Part shown: positions 51,489 through 64,000 of the stretch, in pieces
Layout of the letters: each line of letters starts with the position of its first letter
Position numbering within the stretch: the stretch's first letter is position 1
Source: Flaccisagitta enflata
Lineage: Eukaryota
DNA length: 64,000 bases
Reading direction: 5' to 3'
Assembly: GCA_965153355.1 (NCBI GenBank)
Contig: OZ231126.1
Coordinates: 4,960,001 to 5,024,000, forward strand
The notes under the pieces: model-generated
Databases searched by the model: none
Seen by the model: only the letters and a program-made list of their open reading frames with translations
What the model was told of the DNA's origin: nothing
Made by a program: the position numbers and the translations under genes

Positions 51489-52217
51489 AGGCGAGGGCGA
51501 GAGACAGGGCAGAGACAGAGACAGAGAGAGAGTGAGAAAGAGAGAGAGAAAGAGAGACAGAAAGAGAGAGAGAAAGAGAGAGAGAGCCAGCCAAGAACAC
51601 AGGCGCACGATTTTCTCGCATTTCCTTATTTGGCATTCACCCACTCACTCGGTATGTAAATTAATTCTAGATGATGTCCCGTTGAAATAATGGGAGAGAG
51701 ACATGAAGTCATTTGGTCCGTACAACGGCCGTTGAGGACAACCAACCAACCAAGCGCGATATTCATAATAACGGCCGATCGTGTATCGATATTATACGTG
51801 GCAGAAACATGGCTTGGGCTCGCTTTTGCTGACAAGACGCATGAAGAGTAGGAGGGGGGGGGGGAGGGAAGTCGGAGGGCATGAAAAAATTTAGTCATTA
51901 ATGAAATAAAGTTTTGTAACTTAGTATTAGTATTGATAGTCCAGAGCACTAACATTATGTTTTGCACAAGTAAATCCCGTCTGACCCGTTCCGCCCCATA
52001 CATACATACATACCCCATATACTTCCCATACCTGACCCAAACGATTGGTCGGGGAGAACAGGCATGTGTTGGTGTACATTTCGAAAGAGACAGACAGACA
52101 GGACGAACGAACGAACGCAAGAACGCACGAACGCACGAACGAACGAACGCAAGAACGCACGAACACATACACACACACGCACGCACGCAAGCACACACGC
52201 ACACACACACACACACA

Positions 52218-52248
52218 AGATCGGAAGAGCACACGTCTGAACTCCAGT

Positions 52249-52251
<3 letters not shown>
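52218..52251 (+). other. Illumina TruSeq adapter (assembly contamination)
   Basis: Exact AGATCGGAAGAGCACACGTCTGAACTCCAGTCAC inside a (CA)n tract. Confidence 0.98.
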
Positions 52252-52303
<52 letters not shown>

Positions 52304-52411
52304 TTACAGATGCGCGAGGTCATTTCCGATATCAGCAACACCATTTTGCCCGTCTTCCGGAGTCCCTTGAGTGTGTCTCAGCCTCTCAGGCCAAGGCCGA
52401 CGTGAGATGGG

Positions 52412-52467
<56 letters not shown>

Positions 52468-52559
52468 GCATGATTAGAATAGAAGTTGCTCTCCATCTGG
52501 TTCTCAAGCCGTTCTTCTGGTCATAATTAACCCGATGTTGATGATGTCGCACATACTTC

Positions 52560-54950
<2,391 letters not shown>

Positions 54951-55118
54951 ATCAACTTTTTATCTCCTCCTAACTCAGGTATCGTGACCGCAATCATTCA
55001 TACTCTCTTTAATAAGAACGCAAGTCTGAACAGTCAAAGAAGAAGAAAACCGGTTCAGCACTGTTCATTCACTCTCTCCACAAATTCAAATTAAATCTTT
55101 TTTTTTTACTTCCTGGTC

Positions 55119-58100
55119 CTACGACTTGTTGCTGTTCTGAATTTCTCGATGTAGCGCGCCGCTGGGTCGGGGAGTTAGCCAATGATTCCCAGCTTCCATT
55201 TCCTTCTTGAGGATGTTATTTGCGCCGACTAGATTAGTTCCGCAATCTGATGTGAAGCGGGTGATTCCTGGGCGCCTTGCTGCAAAGCGGATGATTGCAA
55301 TTACCATCGCATCGGCTGACATGTTGAAGAGCAATTCCACATGGACGGCGCGTGACACGAAACAGGTGAACACTGCGATCCACACCTTGTGATCAGCACG
55401 CCCGTTCATCTTAACTATGAAATACCCCATGACATCCAATCCAGTCTCTGCAAAGACAGGCGCCGGATTGACGCGGTTTGATGGAAGATTGGCCATTTGC
55501 TGTTTTGCGTTCTTTTTGAAGTTCTTCTGGCATCTAAAGCACGTGTTGACAACGCTCTTGACGGCCTGAAGACCTTTTGTAATCCACACAAATTGGCGTA
55601 ATTAGCTTAATGTATGCTTTGCACCCGCGTGAAAATCATTATGATGATAATGGCGAATTAATGATTTCACATTCTCGTCTTTGGCGGCAGGATAAAGGGA
55701 AATTTAGCGTCGTGAGAGATGTCGGCATTCTCCAATCGACTGCCGACGAGAAGGATGCCGTCGTCGTCGACGAAAGGGTTCAACTTCCGCATCTCCTTGT
55801 TCTTTGCCAGTAAAGTCGACGGCTTTCTGGCTTGAAGACTTTTCCCAATTCCAATTGTTCGAAGGCATCAGAATAATGCTGCCGCTGCATTGACGGCGAG
55901 CTGTTTTGCGCCTCCTCCGGCGTCTTGCGTCACTTCCGGTTTTGGGAAGGAGATCTTTTGTTGCTCGTGTTTATGGATACGCTCTCCACCTTTTGACTGC
56001 GATGAGAACCATGCCGATAATCCGCAATTTCTGCATCAATTTTCCCCGAGAAGCGGCTGCAAGAAGTATCGCGTCAGCCACTTGTTTCTTTTCACTTCCA
56101 GCCGCATACAGAGGCGGCGATGCCAATAAGAAATAGGGCACGTCGCGATGTTCGTCTTTGGCCGGTGATCTTCGGGAAGACGCAAAAATGCAGGGCGTGA
56201 TGGAATTGACGCCATTTTCCCGGCTTCATGGGCCTGGATGCCTCTGCTACAGAGTGGTCCATCGGGAGTTTGTTTGTGAAGTCAACCCAGCGCCACTGTT
56301 GAGGGGATCAGACCCACTATGGATCTTGGAGAGACGATTGGCGAAGAATACAGGCCTCGGTTTTGCCGGATTATAAATCATCTTCAGTGCAGATTCAGAA
56401 TCGGACCAAAATCTGACGACGAGATTGTCCAAGTTGATGGTCCTTCCGACGAGGCGTTTGAGCTGCACTGCTTTTTCTGCGGATACAATCTCGGCCAGCG
56501 TGGGCAACTGTTGTGATGAGAGCACGTTTTGGATTGAGAGGAATGGCGGTGAGATTTGGGGGCGATGAATGAAATGTGAACATCTCCATCTCGGTTGACT
56601 TGACGCCGATATGCAACTGCTCCATATCCGCCTTTTGGAGCTGCATCGCAAAATAACTCGATTGTTACTTCACCCAATGTCGCTATTGTCGACGCCGCCA
56701 TTCCACCAGCGTTCAATTCGATATTGTTGTAGAAGAGACCAAGGCAATGTAAGCGGAAGAAAAGATTCCTCAACGCTCTCTTCCAAGGCGGAATCATCCC
56801 ACTTCCTGTGGACGACAGAGTTGAAGATGACGTCTGCCGATGTATGTTGGACTCCAAAAGCCCAATGGATCGTAAGTTTTACAGCTTGCATAGAGACCAA
56901 TTGTGGTGTTTTTGCTCAGAGTTTTGAATTCTTAAATCATGAATGAAAATAAAGAAGACGTCTTCCGCCGGAAGCCATGAGACGCCCAACACCTGCGTCG
57001 GCGCATCATCTTGCTTATCTGAAATGGGGATTGGCACATTTGGATCTCCATCCATCAATTGCAGCGCATTGCTCTTCCACTTCACAAGAGATCATCGCCT
57101 TCAGCCAGCATATACTGAATCACCTTTAGTTGCAGTGTATCGACCGAATCACACACCCCGCTTCCGTGTCGGCGTAAAAGCCATAGCGAATAAGATCGTA
57201 GGCGTTGTGTAGGGTATTTGGGCCGGATTACTTCAGCATGCTTCCTGACGGTGAAAAATGACGAATGAGCTGGATTGGCCTGCCGAGAAGACGTGTGATA
57301 AAAACAGATTCAAATTGCCTCTCGAGAGTGCGGTCCCATGAACAAAGAATCTGAATAAATCCCAGCGTCGTCCAGGATGGAGCCTTATTTGGTGGAAAAA
57401 CGCCTTTATATCACACATAAAGGCGATTTTCCATGACAACATGAGGATGTCCATCAGGCTATTCATCCAAGTTTGGGCCTCCGGCAGGCAATCATTGAGT
57501 GGTCCGTCGATTAGCCTTTGCAGCGTCGTGGCATACGGCGTTTTCCCACGTGAATTCCACTATATGAAGGAGGCAAATACCAGCGCGGCTTCTCAATGCT
57601 GTAGTAATCGTCGACGTTATCAATCTCAATCGCCACTCCCGTCTCATAAAATTTCTCGATCTCACGGAAGACTCTTTCTTTGAAGGCTGGATCACACATG
57701 AAGCGGAAACGTTGATTGCCGAGCCGCTTCGTCGCAGTGGGTCGTGACTTCACTCTTCTCAGAATCTCCATGATCTTTTCGTGATGAAATTTCCATGTGA
57801 CGGGAGCAAAGTACTTTTTCACAATTGGGCAAAAATATATCTTTTCCTCTAACGTTTTGCGCGCTCTGACATTTTCAAGGGAATCACCCATCTCTTCTTG
57901 TGAGACAATTGATGATGCAAAGTCATGGTAGAAGATACGGTAAAATGTTGCTGTTGAGGACCATGGATCTATGAGAATCACGATCGATGTTATAGATTGA
58001 GGAATGGCATGATCATCACGTCCGCGATAGATTGATCAGCGTAATATCTGAAGTCCTCTCTTGCCGTTTTCCACATGGTCAACGAGGACCGGAGCATCTG

Positions 58101-61100
58101 GCGCAAAAGTCAAAGATCTGAAGGCCCTCGAAATGGATTTGTAGTATGTGGCATCGCATCGCGCCGCTCGATGATCATCATCACCGCCTTCAGCTTCTGG
58201 AAATTTTATGCCTTGATGAAAGTTGAGATCAGATGGAGTGCAGCGGAGAAAGGGAGGAATGTGGCGTTCACTGCGTTAATAAATTGCCCGCAATGCGTGT
58301 TAGCGTCGGCGATGTATTCGTCGACCCGATTGCATATAGTGAATGATGCGATGAAGCGTCTCAACAACGTGACTTTACAGTAATCACCGTCATTTGCACT
58401 GTTTTGTAGGAATCAGAAGACTGCGAATGACATTAGTGCTGATCGCGTCGCGATCAGAGCCAGAGTCGATCCCGGCGTGTATAGTCCTCTGTGCACCCGA
58501 AGAATTGTTTATGATAGTCACTGGAGCGATCGGACGGACAGCGTCGTCGAATGAAGAGACGGACCGCGACGTTGCCGTCGCCGCCAGTCATGCCGTGGCG
58601 TTAGGAGAGATGATTTCCGTGGATCGGCTGCCTCAGTGTGTCGGGCTGTGCTGCTGCAGCCGCATCCTCTGACTTTTTGAAAGGAGCCAGCGGTACTTTA
58701 TTTCCCTGCTTGTTTTCTCCTTTCTTCTCTTCCTTTTCTTCTTTCTTGTAGGTGCGCCCGTGGAGAATCGTTGCGTGCCGCTACTTGCAGGTTTGGGCAA
58801 GTTGGTCATTCCATCACTTCAGCGTTGTGTCTGGCGAGGCAGTGGAAGCAAAGGCGACGAGACATGGAGGGAAGTCTTTTTACTGCCTCTCGCGTCTACA
58901 CTTCAACTCTAGTAGCTGATGACACTCTTCTGTTTGATGCATTCCTCCAGACGTTGCAGCGGTCCGTGAAGCTGCGTCTTTTTCTTGCCATTGATCCAAA
59001 AGCATCTTCCTTATTGATGATGGGCGCTTCTTTTCTCTGTGAATTAAGCTGCTGCCACTGATGCTGTTTGTGGCACGCCTTTGTTACTGAATCACCATAT
59101 GTCTCAGTCATAGTATTAGAGTTGTCAAGATGAAAAAAATTGTGTCCGTTTTGGGCTTCTTCATGTTGCTTTTCCCAGAATTTATCTGCAAGATGAGGGA
59201 CCCTCTTGTTGAGGATCTCCTGCAGCAGCTCGTCACGATAGCATTGTTGCACTTCTCCACAGGTCCTCGTAATCTTCTTTGCCTTTTGCAACCTTGCAGA
59301 CAAATTGAAATGCCTTGCATGGTCGGCCGACTGGATCTTAGCCTCCGCGGCGATTTAGTTGAACAGCGCCGCAATGTTGCAGCGCCTTGCCATGAAGACG
59401 ACGTCCATTTTTGCGAAGGCGTCGTCATTTTCTCCTCTTGCTGTCGCTTCAGTTGCATCAATCGTCGCAGGTTCAATGTCTCTTTTGCCGGACCAGCAAA
59501 CCACTTAGGCAATTCCAATAAGATGTCCATTTGCGTCAAGCCTTCATGCTTCTCAGCATCTTTGAACTTCCTCTTCCACATCATGAAGTCGGTAGATGAA
59601 AGCTCCTGCAGAGGCTTCTCAGGTCTTGCTCTCTCCAACGCTTTGAGGCCGACCTCCCTTGCTCGCATGAGATCATTGTACGTCGCTCTTTCCAAAAACC
59701 TGTCCAGAGCCGGATTGTTGGGCATCTGAACATGGACTTCCGGTTGACGGGCTACTTGATGATGCTCCACTTGATGATACGCTGGGGGTTGTTGGATGAA
59801 GGCGTATTGACCCCCGACTTTTACCGGAGATCTCTTTTTGGTAGTCTTTACACTCCACCCAACTTCCTCTTGCTGATTCACTTGTTGTTGACGATCATCT
59901 TGATGGAATCGGGGAGCATCGAAATCTTGGCGGACGTACTGTCGCTGTTGTTGTTCCTCTTTTCGTTGTTTCTCTTCTGCTCTTGCTGCGGCAAGGTCGA
60001 AGTCTCTCTGCTGAATTTGCATCTTCAAACTATCCACTTCCTGCTGCAAACGTTGATTCTGCTGGATGACTTCCGCTTGAGGCGTTGCTAGAGGCGCTTG
60101 CGCTACTTTCAGCGCCTTTGGCTGCAATCCACTCATTGTCTTCTTGGGAGCGACTTTTCTTCTTTCTTTATCTTGCAGCTGCTGTGCCAACTTCGCGTCA
60201 GCGGCCTCTTGCTTCTGCCTCCTGCGCATCGCCTCCGTCGCATCACCTCCGCTTCCGGCTGTGTTGAAGACCTTTTCCTCTTGATGGGGAAGACCAGTCT
60301 CTCTTCTAGCAGAACCAATCTGCTTCTCGAAGATCACTTCCGGTGCGGTAGGGAGAATCGTTGCTGCTGGGGTTTGATGATGCTGATCCTGATGCTGTTG
60401 CTGTTGTTGAAGCCGTTGCTGCTGCCACTGTTGATGTTGAAGCTGCTGTTGCTGGTCAGGACGCTGTTGCTGTTCATTCTGCTGCTGCAGTTGACGCTGG
60501 CGCTGTCCTTGCTGCTGCTGCTGCTCCAACTGTTGCTGCTGCTGCATCGGCTGCTTGACGGACGTTTCCACTGACTGCACATGACGTTGCTGTATGTTCG
60601 AATTGAACAATCCCGGATTGAAATTTCTGAAGATAGATCGACGGTCTTTTGGCGGATGCTGCGGCTGCTGCTGGTCCAGCTCAGACAGTTGTCTAAGCTT
60701 CACATCCCGCTGCTCTAAAGCTCCACCAATGCCGCCGTCGTTCAGGCTATTCCAGTGCTTTCGTTGCATTTCTGCCGCATTATTGAATACTCCTGCTCTT
60801 CTATCTTCATCTCGTTGCTGCTGCTGGCGAATTACACATTCATCGTATAACTCTTGTCTTGTGATGAAGCCAGCGCTGTTGAATCCGAAAAGCGGCACCA
60901 TGATGGCATTTGCGTAGCACTGGGTTTGTGCGCCTGCGCCACCTTCAGCCATCATGCGCAGACGTTGATCTGCAAGGCGTTGCTGTCTCTCTTCTTCTGT
61001 TTCTCCACTGACGTTCATGCTTTCGACAAGATGGTTATTTGAAGCTGGAGGATCCACTACCACCGCTGGGATCGCAATCGGAAGGTTGCTGTTGCTGCTG

Positions 61101-62400
61101 CTGTTGCTGTTGCGTATTTTTTCCTACATCGTTTTGCCGCTGTTGTTGCTGTTAATGCGGCAGCATCTTCGTTGATATTTATGCATGAATCTTGGTATTT
61201 GTTGCTGTTGCTGTTGTTGCTGCTGTTGATAAACATTGTTGCTGTGTTGAGTGCAGCTGCAGGATCTTGTTGACAAAATTGTTGCAGTTGCTGCAGCTGC
61301 TGCTCCTGCAACAGCTCTTGCTGCTGCCGTTGAGCGTGTTTGCTGCTCATGGTAGAGTGGAGTTGGCGTTGCTGTTAAGGTTGTTGCTGCTGCCGCATCT
61401 GCAATTGATGCTGCTGCTGTTGCTCCTGTTGCCATCGCTACTGCTCCTCCCGTTGTTGCTGCTGCATATCGTCAATCAGCCGGCAGCCTTGTCGCATTTC
61501 CTCCTCCAACTGCCTACCCCATCTGTCTCTTTTTTTTCCAGCACTCCTGTTGACGAAGCGTCGCCTCGCCCTCTCCTGCGGCGTCAATCCGTTGATGATC
61601 CTTTGACTACTCTACTCAGAAGCGTCGAGCGTACGTCGAGATCACGCAGCGTGTGCGTCAGCTTGCTCCCGCCCAGGCACGCGCAGGTTCAATCTCCGAG
61701 ACCAAATCCGATACCCACTGATTGACGGCATCTCCTCTTTGGATCGGCGGCAGATTCAAAAATTGGCCGCCAGTTGGAGATTGCGCACCATGTCGAGCGA
61801 ACGGAAGTGGCAGATACTCGGATCCGTCGGGGTTTGGCGACAACGTTCGCATCCTTGGAGTCGGAGCGCTGGTAACATTATCACGGGCGGCGTGAGTGTC
61901 GGTTGGGAGACTGTTCCATGAGAATTCATTGACGGGTCTTTTGCGATTCCCAATGTCGGTGTGCACTGCGTTCACGATGTCGGCGTTGGAAGGAAAACCC
62001 TCTGGATAATTTTCACGATCAAAGAAACGCATAGAGTCCCATTCGCGCCGGATTCGACGCAAAGAGAACGCCCGCGGAGGCGAAGGAATGCGGGCATCGA
62101 GTCGAGCGCCATTTGCCTTGCATACGATATAAAGTCATGAATAATGTCCCGAAGGCCGTGTCGGGCGCCATCCGATTCACAGGCGGCGTCGTCGGGGTAG
62201 TTCGTTCATTCGGTGCAAATAGAAACGGCGTCGAAAAGGCGCCGACATCCTTCCATTTCCGCAGTGATGTTCATCATTGCTGGCATAAGCGATCCGACCT
62301 CGGACACTGATTCAAGCCGAAGTGAGATACACGAGATGACGTTGAAGCGGTCGAGACGGTGTCGTCGTTGCGCGCGGCTGCCATTGTCCAATTTCGCTTT
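55119..62400 (-). mobile_element. BEL/Pao LTR retrotransposon, gag-PR-RT-RNaseH-IN, heavily frameshifted and truncated within integrase
   Basis: Integrase QQMANLPSNRV..F..TGLD..G...FTC..SRAVHVEL..SDCGTN (55119-55590). RNase H FCDA...YGAVAY and FWSDS..AL...FFANR (56250-56650). RT CDIKAFFHQI (~57400). Protease-like DSGS (~58460). Knuckle LCFHCL (~58840). Gag core ~59500-59700. LTRs not identified. Confidence 0.9.
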
Positions 62401-64000
62401 AGGAGGTCGGGTAAGAAAAGAATCGAGTCGTTTTAAATTGTTGAAATATAAATTACGCCCCGAGTTTCAACTGGCACTGTCTATGAGCGTCTATCTGACT
62501 GACATGTGGTGAAAGAAAGTTGGCCGATTGGAAAATAGGAAGGCGTCGTCTCGTTTATTCCATAAAATTTCAACAACTGAAGAGAGGGAAAAATGAAAGG
62601 GAAAGTGGGCGTTAAATGTGATCAGCAAATAAAGATAACATGAAATCGAGATAGGACACAATAAAGGACAGAAACAGCACATGACAACATGTTCATCTTC
62701 TTCAGAGCCCATGCCACCTGATAATACCTGCCCCTGCCCCGGCCCATCCCATTAAATTCATCCATATCATCCCTATAGCAAGCTGATCGGGCAAGCGATA
62801 AAAACCATACTAAAATCCGGCGATAAAAATAAAGGGCAAAAGACAAAATAACAGACCGGAGGACAAAAATAAAAACAACGATAATAAAAGCAAACACGCG
62901 TCTATAAAACTTAGTGAGGCCCGTTGGTTTCAACCACAGTCTGTCGAGTCAAATTAACGTTAATTGTCCGTTCATTAGTTTATCTGCAATAAAAAGATGA
63001 GAGATTATTGAAATTAGTAAATTCCAAGGGCGCATTCAAGCGATCACGAAAAATCAATCAATCACTTTAAGAAGCAATGCCGCAAATAAATAAAATCAAT
63101 CAATCCAAAAATTGGATGACAAGAAAGACGAGATACGTATGTTCGCCTACGTAATAAAAACAAATGGCACAAAATACAAGGCGCAACCATATGGTTACCC
63201 ATCTAGCGTTCAATATAAAAAATGGCGAGAAACAAAAGACGCGGCATTGAATAATCGAAGAAGAGAAAAAGCCAAAAGCACGCAAAAGAGACAAAAGCAC
63301 ACATACCTAAAGACGGACGGACATACATTTCTAACACTTATTCTTTACCTTTTCCTCTGCGTTTAAAAGTTTGAAATTTCACCCTCATTTGATGAATTGA
63401 TGTTATTTTTTTCAACTGAAAAAACAATGGGCCATTTATTGCCATTATGTGCGCGTCACTGATTACAAATGCATGAATGAACGTTTTTGATGAGTGAAAG
63501 TTTCTATTGAATGGATGAGTGCATGAATGAATTAAGGAGTAAATGGTGTTCTATGAGAACCTAGTTTTTATGAAACCCAGGCTTCGAAACGCTCCAAAAT
63601 TAAGAATGTTGCAGTTATTTTACTAGTAGCTATCTCTGTCGCTTTTAAAGGCTTAAAAAAAAAATTATTGAGTTAGAAGTATGGTAAAATTAATACTTCT
63701 ACCGGGCACGCACTTTTCCTGTCGGGCTCGCTATAATTTTGGGGGGTGTGCCCGGCGTGCACGCCCAGAAAAAAAAACTAGTTTCAGGCCTGCATATTAA
63801 GCATTCCATTTTTGGAGTACTTGAGAATTTCAGACTTGTCAAAATTTCAGACATTCAAGTTTAATATACATAAGAGACTTCGCGGAAGAGTTTACATAAT
63901 AAAGTTTAATAGGCATAAGAGAGCGTTAGGCTTAAGCACGGTATTGACTAGGCTTTAAAAAATTGCAAAATACGCTTGTCAAGAGACTACAGCTAGAAAA

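Noticed and set aside
62400-63400. 5' LTR and primer-binding site of the BEL/Pao element
   Set aside because: No matching second LTR or convincing PBS found by eye.
63700-63791. Possible hAT-type MITE end (CTAGTTTCAGGCCTG)
   Set aside because: No partner TIR or TSD located in the window.

Overview
Repeat-rich eukaryotic (probably invertebrate animal) DNA; the species cannot be identified from the sequence. One host gene can be reconstructed. It is a 4-exon minus-strand CDS (12616-12226, 11086-10800, 9091-8851, 8255-6646; 2529 nt, 842 aa) with phase-consistent GT-AG junctions. It encodes signal peptide + divergent pentraxin + PAN/Apple-like + about 4 sushi/CCP-like modules + one TM helix + four 31-aa Ser/Thr-rich cytoplasmic repeats + a C-terminal C3HC4 RING resembling the RNFT1/RNFT2 tail. 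This looks like a lectin-type surface receptor fused to an E3 ubiquitin ligase and is the most interesting item. The rest is mobile or repetitive DNA: many Helentron-type non-autonomous elements (HINE/DINE-1-like), nested TA-targeting MITEs, two decayed TIR transposons, an R4-like LINE fragment, two BEL/Pao relics, a ~7.5-kb 81-bp satellite, a MITE carrying TTAGGG-like repeats, and long microsatellites. An Illumina adapter at 52218-52251 and indel-rich patches show the assembly is imperfect. All family assignments come from motif recognition by eye, not database searches.
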